From Patescibacteria group bacterium (GTDB lineage Bacteria; Patescibacteriota; Patescibacteriia; Patescibacteriales; UBA12465), in contig JBAZJV010000004.1 of the NCBI GenBank assembly GCA_041651095.1, forward strand, positions 7,735 through 71,734: a DNA stretch of 64,000 bases, written 5' to 3'. Each line of letters starts with the position of its first letter. The stretch's first letter is position 1. Both the position numbers and the translations under genes were made by a program. A model generated the notes under the pieces. It saw only the letters and a list, made by a program, of their open reading frames with translations, searched no databases and was not told the DNA's origin. Shown piece by piece: positions 8,637 through 17,980 of the stretch.

Positions 8637-9824
8637 GTGAAAATATTATTAGCTTTCGTTAAAGTGGCGGTGGTTTTCCTGTTTATCTGGAACACCGGCA
8701 TTTTCTCTTATTTGACGCGGGGCATCTCTAAACAGGAAGTTTATGACCCCGCAACTACTCAAAAAATCCGGACTTTCTGTGTCCAACGGTATCAGGCGGC
8801 CAAAGCTCAGATAGATGCCGGCGGTACTTACTCGCTAGCTGAATACTTCACTGATCTGTCAGCCATCAAGAAACTACAGGACAGCCTGCATTGCCATGGC
8901 GGCTTCAATTGCGGCTATGGCGGTATTAATGAGTTGTGGGCGCTGTCCTTTGCTCAAAGCAAAGATCTCAGCCGGGAAGAAATCGACGCGGCTAGAGAAA
9001 AGTACCTGACTTATCAGCCAGAATCATTAAAAAGCGATCCGGCATTTTCGTGGCTCAAGCTCTTGATGACTATTCTCCATGGACTGACGACCTTGTATCT
9101 TAAGAATCTTCCCTGGGCGCTCTTAATGATGTTAATTTGGCTTAAAGAAGAAAACGCGGAACAAAACAAGCAGCTCCGTTTGAGAAGTCCACTAAGTTTC
9201 TTGATTAGCCTGATTCTCTACCCCATATTTTTCACCGTCGTCTTCATCCAAAAGTTCAAAAGTATCGGGCGCGGTTTTCTGGCAGCGGCGAGCATCCAGC
9301 AGACCAAAGAGAAATTCTTCAGCCTGTTGTCGCCGGATGAACTAACAGCGATCAGGCAATTTGCCAAAAGCAATATCAAGTTGCAGACTTTCCGGCAGAG
9401 TTTAGTCGCGGAAGGCTTAGTAAGCAGACGATCATTCGCTCTGGCTTCCCTATCACTAATCTTGTGCCTGTTTATCATTAATAATAGCCAGGCGAGCCAA
9501 AACACAAAAATTCCGACCAAAGCCCCGACCATTACCGTACTTGATGTCGGAAGCGGCAACTTAGACAAGCCGCCGAATCTTAATGATGAGGTACCAGCTC
9601 AAAGTTTTGCTGTTTTAACGGCAACGCCGCAGTACTTTGTTAAAGAAATTGGTAGAATCTATGAACAGAGGATAATGTCTCTGTCAACGCGAATACGAAA
9701 AATAGAACATATTCCTATACTCCGGTTAGTAAACCAGTCAATCAACTATTTACTAACCAAAAAGGGAAAGGAAAATGAAAACTATTATTTCAATATTGAT
9801 AGCATTAGCTATATTTACCAGTAA
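8637..9824 (+). CDS. hypothetical membrane protein
   Basis: 395-aa ORF, GGAGG SD, several TM segments. Confidence 0.7.
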   Translation: MKILLAFVKVAVVFLFIWNTGIFSYLTRGISKQEVYDPATTQKIRTFCVQRYQAAKAQIDAGGTYSLAEYFTDLSAIKKLQDSLHCHGGFNCGYGGINELWALSFAQSKDLSREEIDAAREKYLTYQPESLKSDPAFSWLKLLMTILHGLTTLYLKNLPWALLMMLIWLKEENAEQNKQLRLRSPLSFLISLILYPIFFTVVFIQKFKSIGRGFLAAASIQQTKEKFFSLLSPDELTAIRQFAKSNIKLQTFRQSLVAEGLVSRRSFALASLSLILCLFIINNSQASQNTKIPTKAPTITVLDVGSGNLDKPPNLNDEVPAQSFAVLTATPQYFVKEIGRIYEQRIMSLSTRIRKIEHIPILRLVNQSINYLLTKKGKENENYYFNIDSISYIYQ

Positions 9825-10614
9825 CTCTCTAGCACAAACTGATTCCGCCATCACCGCCAGCAAATATTTAGGCGTCTTATATACCGGTACCTACGATCAG
9901 GACACCAACCTCAAGAATAATGTCAGCCTCAGGCTGGGAAGCGACGCGGTCCTGCCGATAATGGATCAATTGAACCTGAACGTCAGGGGCGGCTACGAAA
10001 CCGGAACGGGCGGCAATTCAGCCTTCGGCAAATTCTATCTGGAATGGTCACCGGAATTTCTGAAATGCTATTTAGGCTACGCTCCCAGACCGATTACCCT
10101 GGTTTTCAAGCCAGCGCCGCTTAGCGCCGACGGACAGCTAGGGCGTTCCGCTTTAAAGCCTATCCCTGGATCCAATCTAGGCGCCTATGCAGCCAAAGAG
10201 ATCATTCCCGGGAAATTAAGCCTGATGGCCGGTTCATATTTCCTGGCACCGTCTAAATCAGTAGAATGGGACGGGTCAATAAAGTACAAGCCGGGAGCCA
10301 TAGAATTCCTATTGAGCGGCTATACCAGCCGAATCAATAGAGGCTTGGCCGTTGGATTCAAAACCGCGGCAATCTCGGTAACCGGGTTCACGACCAGTGA
10401 TTCGCTCTGGACGGCTTGGCTCAATGTCAAGACCAAGGTGCTCAATCCTTATGTCAGCATCACTTATAACCGCAACCGACATAAGTATGGGCAGATAGAA
10501 CTGGGCTGGGATAAGATCTTTTCCCTGCCCTACGGTGGAGCCAAGGTAAGAGCGGGTATGAGCTATGAATGTCAAGCTAAACTCCTTAATACTTTTGTAC
10601 AAATGTTCTTATAA
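9775..10614 (+). CDS. secreted beta-strand-rich protein, possibly beta-barrel
   Basis: signal peptide ending SLA-Q; alternating amphipathic strands; C-terminal NTFVQMFL. Confidence 0.65.
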   Translation: MKTIISILIALAIFTSNSLAQTDSAITASKYLGVLYTGTYDQDTNLKNNVSLRLGSDAVLPIMDQLNLNVRGGYETGTGGNSAFGKFYLEWSPEFLKCYLGYAPRPITLVFKPAPLSADGQLGRSALKPIPGSNLGAYAAKEIIPGKLSLMAGSYFLAPSKSVEWDGSIKYKPGAIEFLLSGYTSRINRGLAVGFKTAAISVTGFTTSDSLWTAWLNVKTKVLNPYVSITYNRNRHKYGQIELGWDKIFSLPYGGAKVRAGMSYECQAKLLNTFVQMFL

Positions 10615-10617
10615 ACC

Positions 10618-10650
10618 AAAGGCGTTCCCAAAAATCGGAACGCCTTTTTT
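10618..10650. terminator. intrinsic terminator
   Basis: AAAGGCGTTCC/GGAACGCCTTT followed by T-run. Confidence 0.75.
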
Positions 10651-10696
10651 ATTTCTTCCAAGTTATCCTCTGGCCGAGCAGCCGGACCAGGTCCGA

Positions 10697-11638
10697 CTAC
10701 CTGTTGACGATAAATTCCACTAGGGCGAAAATCAGCCAGAAAGCCAGGAGGCCGCCCGCCTCCCGCCGGCTGATCGTCCGGCCGGAGCGCATGAAGCGGA
10801 ACAGGACGAACGAAGCGACCACCATGAACAGGCCGGTAACATAAATGATCTTCGGCGGGAAATAGAAAGGATTGATCAGGGCCAGCAGGCCGACCACGAT
10901 GGTAGCGTCCGCCAGCACGGTCCCCAGGATGTCTCCGACCGCCAGCGAATCATCCCGCTTCCTGACGGATTTCAGGGAAAAGAAAAACTCCGGCATGGTC
11001 GTACCCAGGCCGACTACCAGCATGCCGATCAGGATCGGGCTGATGCTGAAGTAATTGGCGATAAAAGTAGCGGAAACGACTGTAAAATGGGCGCCGATGA
11101 GCAGGACAGCCATGCTGAACAGGAGCAGCCAGAAATTTTTCCCGCGGCTTCCGTCGCCGTCTAAAGGCACGGTGCCGTCCGTTCCCTCTCTTAGCGCCAG
11201 ATAATAGAAAATGCCGCCGGCCAGAATAAGCACCAAGCCCTCCAGACGGGAAAAATGGCCGTTGAAGCCGAGTATCAGGGGCAGCAATAGGATGAGCGGA
11301 TAAACGACATGGTTCTTCAGGATCTTGCTTTCGATTTTCAAGCCCCGGCCGGCCAGCAGGATGATGACGGCAAAAACCAGGGTCAGATCCGCGATATTGG
11401 ATCCGAACAGCATGCCTAGACCGAATGAGGGAATGCCTTTAACGGCGGCGTTCAAGGAAATGAAGGTTTCCGGCAGAATGGAAATCACCGCGACGATGAT
11501 GAAGCCGACCGTGTATTTAGACAGCCGGTAGCTTTCGGCCAGCCGCGCGGCATAGCGCGTGGCTAAAGTTGCGCCCTTGATTACCAGGAAGAGCGCGAGG
11601 GCAAAAATGAATAAATTATTGAGCAAGGTCTGAGCCAT
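10697..11638 (-). CDS. Na+/Ca2+ (CaCA, YrbG-like) antiporter
   Basis: two alpha-repeats SILPE...GSNIAD and GTTMPE...GDILGTV. Confidence 0.9.
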   Translation of the reverse strand: MAQTLLNNLFIFALALFLVIKGATLATRYAARLAESYRLSKYTVGFIIVAVISILPETFISLNAAVKGIPSFGLGMLFGSNIADLTLVFAVIILLAGRGLKIESKILKNHVVYPLILLLPLILGFNGHFSRLEGLVLILAGGIFYYLALREGTDGTVPLDGDGSRGKNFWLLLFSMAVLLIGAHFTVVSATFIANYFSISPILIGMLVVGLGTTMPEFFFSLKSVRKRDDSLAVGDILGTVLADATIVVGLLALINPFYFPPKIIYVTGLFMVVASFVLFRFMRSGRTISRREAGGLLAFWLIFALVEFIVNR

Positions 11639-11762
11639 ATATATGCGTCTATTTTAACAAAAATACCCATTTTGGCAAAATTCGCTTCCTGGGGGCAGAC
11701 TTTTGCCTCAGACAAAATAAAAAATGGCCGCCTTGAATGGGCAGCCATTAATTTCTAAGAAC

Positions 11763-12551
11763 TTAGGCCAGAGCCAGTAAAACACAGAATAGAGCGACGG
11801 TAATCACCGTCTCGCTCCGACTGGCCTGCTTACGGTAAATCAGATGCCAGGCGGTCAAAATAAAGAGGATGACGGCAATGGCGACCATAGATTGTTGGAA
11901 TAAATTGCCGGTGAATCTTAGTAAAGACAGCATCATCGCTCCCACGATCAGTAGCAGGCTGCCAGCTATTTGAAGGACTTTATCCGTTCCCAGCACCATC
12001 GGCAAGGTCACCCGTCGGCCGTTATTGGCAATGATGTCTTTGACGTCCTTAATCATCTCCCGCGAGAGATGGGCTAGGGCGGCGATAGCCAGCGCCCAAG
12101 GAACCAAAGGATGGGTAAAACTCCCCGCTTGCCAGCCAATCGCAACCGGCGTAGCGCAGACCAGGCTCATCGTCAGATTTTTCGTTAACCAATGGGATGA
12201 TAGTTTAGCTGAATAAGCGGCGACGGCAATGGTGTTGAACAACGCGATATACACGCATTGTTTGGGTAGCCACTGGACCGCGATAAAGACAGAGGCGCAA
12301 AAAATTACCAGACCGGCCAGCATCACCACCTGGGGGTCTTTGAATTTCAACCGTTCGGATTTGCGGGCATACATCCAATTCGCCCCGCCGTAATGGTAGA
12401 AACTGGCGCCGACAGTGCTAAGCGCCATGGTCAGGGCGGCAGCGAGCGACGAACGGAAATCTGCCCCGCAGGCTTGGGAAACTATCCAGGCGGCCAGACC
12501 ACCGGAAATGGGCAGGACCGGCCTGATAAGCTTATACGTAAGGTACCACAT
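11763..12551 (-). CDS. UbiA prenyltransferase family protein (degenerate)
   Basis: YKLIRP start, YSAKL, REMIKDVKD...VTLPMVLG; about 8 TM; first Asp-rich motif absent. Confidence 0.7.
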   Translation of the reverse strand: MWYLTYKLIRPVLPISGGLAAWIVSQACGADFRSSLAAALTMALSTVGASFYHYGGANWMYARKSERLKFKDPQVVMLAGLVIFCASVFIAVQWLPKQCVYIALFNTIAVAAYSAKLSSHWLTKNLTMSLVCATPVAIGWQAGSFTHPLVPWALAIAALAHLSREMIKDVKDIIANNGRRVTLPMVLGTDKVLQIAGSLLLIVGAMMLSLLRFTGNLFQQSMVAIAVILFILTAWHLIYRKQASRSETVITVALFCVLLALA

Positions 12552-12663
12552 GGGTTACTCCTGGTTTATTTAAGAAATAATGAATTTTGATTTTAAATAA
12601 CTATTAAGACAACGAATTATTCTAGCATATACCGAAGAATCGTCAAATGGCGATGGGCTAATC

Positions 12664-13026
12664 CTAGCGCCCGCCGATCCGGCCCAGATGCGTGTCTTTG
12701 AACCCGCTCTCCAATTTCAAACCGTAACCCAGAGCCCGGTCCAGACCGATATGGCCCAGCCAAATAAGCGCTAAGCGCACGGCGGTATCTGAAGCGGCGA
12801 TCACCCCCCAGGCTAAAAGCAGGCTCGGCAGCAGGTAGCTATGCCCGATATTATAAACCAGCGCCCCGATCTTATTGTTGATGAGATAGCCGGCCATAAA
12901 GAGGTCCGCGGCCAGCAGCAAAAGCACGAACCATAGAAGATTGAACCCGAGCGCCCAATAGACAAGCGCCGAAATCAGGAATATTCCCAATCCCTCTATT
13001 CTCTCGTAACGAACGATGGTCGGCAT
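12664..13026 (-). CDS. DUF4260-like membrane protein
   Basis: GALVYNIGHSY and HIGLDRALGYGLK...FKDTHLG motifs. Confidence 0.85.
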   Translation of the reverse strand: MPTIVRYERIEGLGIFLISALVYWALGFNLLWFVLLLLAADLFMAGYLINNKIGALVYNIGHSYLLPSLLLAWGVIAASDTAVRLALIWLGHIGLDRALGYGLKLESGFKDTHLGRIGGR

Positions 13027-13083
13027 ATATTTATTATCCGTTATTTATTATCTATTATTTCTCGGCTAGCGAAACTAGGCCCG

Positions 13084-14955
13084 CTAGTCAACAAAGTTTT
13101 CCGTTTCATCGAATTGGCCGGTAATAGAGCTGTTCCCCGCCGCCCGTTTCAGGATCACCTGCGGTTCACCGCGATAGGTTATATCAGCGTTATCGGCCGC
13201 GGCCGCTTCCAGCCTGTCCTTCACCCAGATCTCAGCGTCGGCAAAATCCCCGGCATCGACTTTCACCTGATCGGCCGCGAAGTTATAGCCGTCAAACTGG
13301 CTGTGGCCCTGCAGGCTGACTTCTAAATTCTGGGCGCTGCCCGCTAAATCGGCATCACTAAAGATATCGAGCGCTAACTTCACGGACTGAGCCGAGAGAT
13401 CGTCGGCCGAGAGGTCGGCCGAGCCGTCCATTTGGATATCCAGTTTGCCGGCCGAGCCGCTTAATCGTAATTCGCTGCCCACGCCGCTCAGGCTGGCGCT
13501 TAAATCCTGACCTAACAATTCCAGCCGGGCGCTCGCGGTTTCACCTAGACTGACATAAAGCGGCTGATCAAAGCCTTGCAGCTCGGCCGAGGAACGATTG
13601 ACGCCGACGAAGGAGTCTAGGCGGGGCATGACGATCTCGCCGCTGATCCGCCGGTCGAAGCAGAAGACGCAGATGCCCCGGTTTTCCCGCGGCCGCTGGC
13701 TTATTTGCAATTGGCCGTCCTCGATCTTGAAAGACAGGCGGCTCAGGTCCTCCGGCCGGCCGGACAGATTGATCGCGAAGGCATCCCCTTTGACCACCCG
13801 GATATCCTCCTGGCCGCTCAAATACAGCTTATTAAAATCCTGGTAGCCAAAACTCTGGCTGATTGTCTGCTGCCGGTTGATCTCTTCCACCCTGGTCTTG
13901 ACCAAAGGCAGAAAGTTAACGGCCGCGACCGTGAAAACAGCGATAGCCGCCATCCAGACGCCGATCAGAATGCCGGAACCGACCAAATTTAAAGAATTTT
14001 TCCGCCGAATAGCGGTCAGGCCCAGAGCGGATAAAAAGATAAGCGGCAGAGCGCAAACCAGATATAAAGAAATCACGCTGACGTAATAATTGGGCTGGCT
14101 GGCGATTTCTGCCAGAGGCAGATCCGAGACCAGATACGGCGAATTGATATTAAAAATCATTAAGGCCGCGGCAATGCTCAGGCCCAGGATCCCGAATAGC
14201 GAGGCGATCAGAAAGACCGTCCCGATCAGGACGCTGATTACCGGCAACAGGAAACTTCCGGACCGCTTCAGGAAGAGAAAAATCGCTTCTATGACCCGGA
14301 CCGGAAAATTCAGCACCCGGCGCAAAGTGCCGTTGCGGCGCAGCTGGCCGATCGCTTCCCGCCCCTCCGCCTCGATCAGCTTGGATTTTTCCTTTACGGC
14401 TTGCTGGATTTCCGCCAGATTGACCGGCTTGCCGCGCATCTCTAATTTTTGGGTGCTGGTGGTCGCTTTCGGCATAGCGATCCAGAAGACGATGTAAGCG
14501 AGGATGCCGAGGCCGTTCGCCAGAGTCAGGATGACGAAAACCAGACGGACAAAGACCGGATCAATGCCGAAATAGGCGGCGATGCCGGAAGCGACGCCGG
14601 CGATGATCACGTCATCCGTATCGCGGTACAAGCGGCGCCGGGCGCCCGACGTTTCGGCCACGGTTCGAGCCGGTTCAGCCGCCTCTTCTTCCGAATCGGT
14701 TATTTCCTCTACCGTCCCCATGACCCTAATGACCTCTTCCACGTCCGCCAGGGTAATGATCTGTTTCGCGTCCTTGAGCTGACGGCTGAATTTTTCCGCG
14801 ATGCTGGATTCTATGTCGGCCATAATTTCCGCTTCTTCTTCCGGCGCGACGTAATGCTGCTTGATGGAATCCAGATAGCCCTGCAAGCGCTGATAAGCCG
14901 CTTCTTCCAGGCTGAAAGCCAGGCCGCCGAGGGTGATGTTGATACTTTTTTGCAT
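13084..14955 (-). CDS. PspC-domain membrane protein with C-terminal DUF2807-like beta-helix
   Basis: RRLYRD...IAGVASGIAAYFGIDPVFVR PspC motif; repetitive G-x-S beta-helix C-terminus ending ITYRGEP. Confidence 0.85.
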   Translation of the reverse strand: MQKSINITLGGLAFSLEEAAYQRLQGYLDSIKQHYVAPEEEAEIMADIESSIAEKFSRQLKDAKQIITLADVEEVIRVMGTVEEITDSEEEAAEPARTVAETSGARRRLYRDTDDVIIAGVASGIAAYFGIDPVFVRLVFVILTLANGLGILAYIVFWIAMPKATTSTQKLEMRGKPVNLAEIQQAVKEKSKLIEAEGREAIGQLRRNGTLRRVLNFPVRVIEAIFLFLKRSGSFLLPVISVLIGTVFLIASLFGILGLSIAAALMIFNINSPYLVSDLPLAEIASQPNYYVSVISLYLVCALPLIFLSALGLTAIRRKNSLNLVGSGILIGVWMAAIAVFTVAAVNFLPLVKTRVEEINRQQTISQSFGYQDFNKLYLSGQEDIRVVKGDAFAINLSGRPEDLSRLSFKIEDGQLQISQRPRENRGICVFCFDRRISGEIVMPRLDSFVGVNRSSAELQGFDQPLYVSLGETASARLELLGQDLSASLSGVGSELRLSGSAGKLDIQMDGSADLSADDLSAQSVKLALDIFSDADLAGSAQNLEVSLQGHSQFDGYNFAADQVKVDAGDFADAEIWVKDRLEAAAADNADITYRGEPQVILKRAAGNSSITGQFDETENFVD

Positions 14956-14964
14956 ATGATCTAA

Positions 14965-15315
14965 TTATTTAAACTTCTTAACCAGCGAGTTAATCGATTT
15001 ATCCAGCGACCGCCAGGTGAGCGTCAGCTGTTTCAGGGTCTCTTTGCCCTTAGGCGTCAGAGAATAATACTTGCGCGGCGGCCCGCTCGGCGATTCTTCC
15101 CAATCATAGGACAAAAGGCTGGAGTTCTTCAGGCGGGTCAGGAGCGGATAGACCGTTCCCTCCACGACCAAGAGGTCGGCTTCCCGCAAAGCGCCCAAAA
15201 TATCCGAACAGTAGACCTTGCCCCGCGAAATAATGAGCAGGATGCAAAATTCCAAGGTGCCCTTGCGCATCTGCGCCCGGGTGTTTTCCGTATCGATTTG
15301 ATGCTGGCTAGTCAT
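14965..15315 (-). CDS. PadR family transcriptional regulator
   Basis: QMRKGTLE, EGTVYPLLTRL, GPPRKYYSLT. Confidence 0.92.
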   Translation of the reverse strand: MTSQHQIDTENTRAQMRKGTLEFCILLIISRGKVYCSDILGALREADLLVVEGTVYPLLTRLKNSSLLSYDWEESPSGPPRKYYSLTPKGKETLKQLTLTWRSLDKSINSLVKKFK

Positions 15316-15360
15316 AGTTATCCACAACAGTTAATAAGCTATTTTTATTATAACACCTAA

Positions 15361-15379
15361 TACTATGTAATACAAGGTA
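15361..15379. promoter_or_regulatory. putative PadR operator next to the extended -10
   Basis: imperfect palindrome TACTATGT-AAT-ACAAGGTA just upstream of TGTTATAAT (15347-15355, minus). Confidence 0.45.
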
Positions 15380-15499
15380 GCTGAGGAAAAATGGCCAGCG
15401 ACCGGAATCGGCCACCGGCGGCGCCCAGGCGATCCGGCTTATTTAAAAACCCCGGAATAAATTCCAGGGTTTACTGACGGGACAAATTTGAAAGACCTT

Positions 15500-15919
15500 T
15501 TAAGAGGACGGCTCGGCGTTGTTATTGGCGATCAGAGCCCAAACTTCCTCCTCATAACCTGCTTGCACCAATGCCAGATTCTTACAATGACGGGAGTAAA
15601 TCGGGGTACGGGATTCGATATACTGTTCAGGAATAGAGTCGAATTCCCTGGTGTGTCCCATCCAAATGGCGATGTTTTTACGGTCGTTGCCAAAATAAGA
15701 AGAATCAACCAGCTTCAGGATCATTCTGGACCCATGAATCTTTTTGCAATTATAAATCGCGAAATTAGTCCTTTCAATAAGTAGATCAGCCGTCACGATA
15801 TCACCAGGTTCGACATCGCTTTCCCTGGATACCAGGTGATACTTCTGGTTGTACATCTTACTGGCCAGGACATAACCGTCTCCCCGACCGTAAGTCACTT
15901 CACGAATTTCAATCATCAA
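15500..15919 (-). CDS. hypothetical protein (139 aa)
   Basis: GGAGGT SD; promoter TTGACA-18-TATTAT (16044-16015); terminator hairpin 15445-15472. Confidence 0.6.
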   Translation of the reverse strand: MMIEIREVTYGRGDGYVLASKMYNQKYHLVSRESDVEPGDIVTADLLIERTNFAIYNCKKIHGSRMILKLVDSSYFGNDRKNIAIWMGHTREFDSIPEQYIESRTPIYSRHCKNLALVQAGYEEEVWALIANNNAEPSS

Positions 15920-16090
15920 GACCTCCGTAGTAAGTTTATCCCTCGGTTAGTTATCATTGTCTCGGCTATGAGGGACCAAGTTTGCCGATTTTTTTAAAAG
16001 AAAAGTAATAAAAAATAATACCACGAGGATATTATTTTTGTCAATTCCTTAGCGAATATAGCCTTTACTTCAAGATAAATTTGAATAACA

Positions 16091-16978
16091 TTATTTAATG
16101 ATAAGGCTTTTTAGAATCTGCTCAAAAATAGGGGCATTGTCTTCCCATTTGCTTGCTAAGCTATTAAAATTAAAAATCCAAATATCGTCGCCGCGGCCTG
16201 TTACGGCCACGGTCAAGATTTTAAAGTCCGCATTATTTTGCCTGACATAGGCTTCTGTCGCCAAGGCCGCCTGGCCGTTTATGGTCACGCTATTTTCGTT
16301 ATCAAACACGATGCCGGCCACGGATTTCTTTATCTCGTTTTTCAAGTTGTCAAAATATTCATTCAATGTGCCGCCTGATACCTTATCCCGGCCGACTGAT
16401 AAATACGTTCTGAAATCATTGAACGGCGCTTCGTTGATATTGATATAAATTGACTGCCCGTCTCCCGCTGTAGCCGCCTGCCAACCCGCCGGCAAAGTCA
16501 GACTATAATCTGAAGTCTTTATTTCCATCGGTTTATCCGTCTGCTGATCCGCCCCTGTCTGTGGCTGCCCACCGAGCTCTTTTTTATAGACAGCCACGAT
16601 CTGATCACAAGAGACGTCGGAAATACGATCTCGGCGATTAAATTGGATCACTTTGTAGACCAAACCCTGGGACGAATCTTCAATTTTATCTATCGCCCCC
16701 AATCTGATAACGCCGCCACTTTTAAAAGCGATGATTTGATTGATTGCTAGGTCATCTAAAACAAAACATTTATCAAAGATAACGGTCTGCCCGCTCTTGA
16801 AATTCGGCTCCATTGAATCGCCCGCGACTCTGAGAGGATAGGAACAGGCCAAGGTCGACACCTTATTATCATCCCCCAAGATACCCATAATATACCTAGC
16901 GGGCATGAAACGAAAAGCCAAGAACAATAAAACCAGCAAGGCGATGATAATTGATAAGATGACATAGACCTTTTTCAT
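16091..16978 (-). CDS. membrane-anchored S26/S24-like domain plus PsbP/DcrB-like domain
   Basis: VAGDSMEPNF motif; YSLTLPAGW...VTINGQAA...FEQILKS pattern. Confidence 0.6.
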   Translation of the reverse strand: MKKVYVILSIIIALLVLLFLAFRFMPARYIMGILGDDNKVSTLACSYPLRVAGDSMEPNFKSGQTVIFDKCFVLDDLAINQIIAFKSGGVIRLGAIDKIEDSSQGLVYKVIQFNRRDRISDVSCDQIVAVYKKELGGQPQTGADQQTDKPMEIKTSDYSLTLPAGWQAATAGDGQSIYININEAPFNDFRTYLSVGRDKVSGGTLNEYFDNLKNEIKKSVAGIVFDNENSVTINGQAALATEAYVRQNNADFKILTVAVTGRGDDIWIFNFNSLASKWEDNAPIFEQILKSLIIK

Positions 16979-17105
16979 ATAGTTGATTTTATGAATAAAT
17001 GTCTCTTTATATTATATCAAAAAAACCATTAAAATAAAAAAATAGCAAAATAATATTCTTCTTAAGTAAAAGAAAAAACGAGTTCTTCACTCGCTTTTTC
17101 TAGAG

Positions 17106-17407
17106 CTCCCGGGGTGGGATTCGAACCCACGACCAATTGGTTACACTTATCCTCATGTTTCCATGCGGGGTGGACTATATCATCATCCGCTGAATACGGA
17201 TGCGGGGCGCTTCGGGCCGCCCTATGGGCGGACCTACTCCCTTTCGGGATAGTCTCTGAACCTTCTCTATAATAGAGCTTGGCTGCTGATTACCATATCC
17301 TTTCAGATTTAGGCTTCCAGCAATTCACCTCGTTTTCACCCTCTGATTGCTCAAAGGGGCTGCGTTTATGTTCACAGCCAACTGCGCTACCGCTGCGCTA
17401 CCCGGGA
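17106..17407 (-). tRNA. tRNA-Asn(GUU), intron-containing; exons 17374-17407 and 17106-17143
   Basis: spliced: TCCCGGGTAGCGCAGCGGTAGCGCAGTTGGCTGT|TAACCAATTGGTCGTGGGTTCGAATCCCACCCCGGGAG; 7-bp acceptor stem, GTT anticodon, G73, CCA not encoded. Confidence 0.93.
17144..17373 (-). ncRNA. group I self-splicing intron (230 nt, no ORF)
   Basis: P1 GGCUGU/GCAGCC with U-G at the splice site; P AATTGCTGGAA, Q AATCAGCAG, R TCAGAGACTA, S GATATAGTCC; terminal G. Confidence 0.92.
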
Positions 17408-17505
17408 ATATTAAGTTGTTTTTCGGGTTGGCGCTCCTGGCGCCCGGTCCCAAAAATAAAATATTTCAAACGAAATATTTACTAATATGATAGCAAATAC
17501 CGGAG

Positions 17506-17979
17506 TTATGTCAATAAGCCTATCAGCCGCCCGGCCAGCCAGCTAAGAGCCAGGACCAGGAGGGCGATGCTCAGGTGTTCGGCGATCATATTGAACGGCT
17601 TTTTTCCGTTTACTTTGGCAATATAATAATTCAGGAGCACTAGAATTAAGATGCCCCAGCCGACGGCAACCACCAAGGCCCAGGGCATCGGCAACGCTAG
17701 TACCGGCACCAGAAAACTCAGGCCGAAAACCAGCTTGGCAACGAAAGTATAACCGGTCGCTTTCCAGATCTCCTGGTGGCTGAAGTTCCCTTCTGATTCC
17801 TTGACCAAGTGGACGCCCAGGGAATCGGAAAACGCGTCGGCAATTGCTATCGTCATGATGCCAGCGGCCACGGCCAAGCGCGATCCGGTACCGGTCTCCA
17901 AGCCGATGATCAGCCCCAGGGTCGTGATGCTCGCCGAAGTCAGACCGAAGCTGATGCCGACTTTTTCTGCTTTATCCAT
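17506..17979 (-). CDS. VIT1/CCC1-like membrane protein
   Basis: FGLTSASITTLG, IAIADAFSDSLGVH motifs. Confidence 0.75.
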   Translation of the reverse strand: MDKAEKVGISFGLTSASITTLGLIIGLETGTGSRLAVAAGIMTIAIADAFSDSLGVHLVKESEGNFSHQEIWKATGYTFVAKLVFGLSFLVPVLALPMPWALVVAVGWGILILVLLNYYIAKVNGKKPFNMIAEHLSIALLVLALSWLAGRLIGLLT

Positions 17980-17980
17980 T

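Noticed and set aside
17279-17485. 68-aa plus-strand ORF
   Set aside because: Antisense to the tRNA-Asn exon and intron core; not a homing endonuclease.
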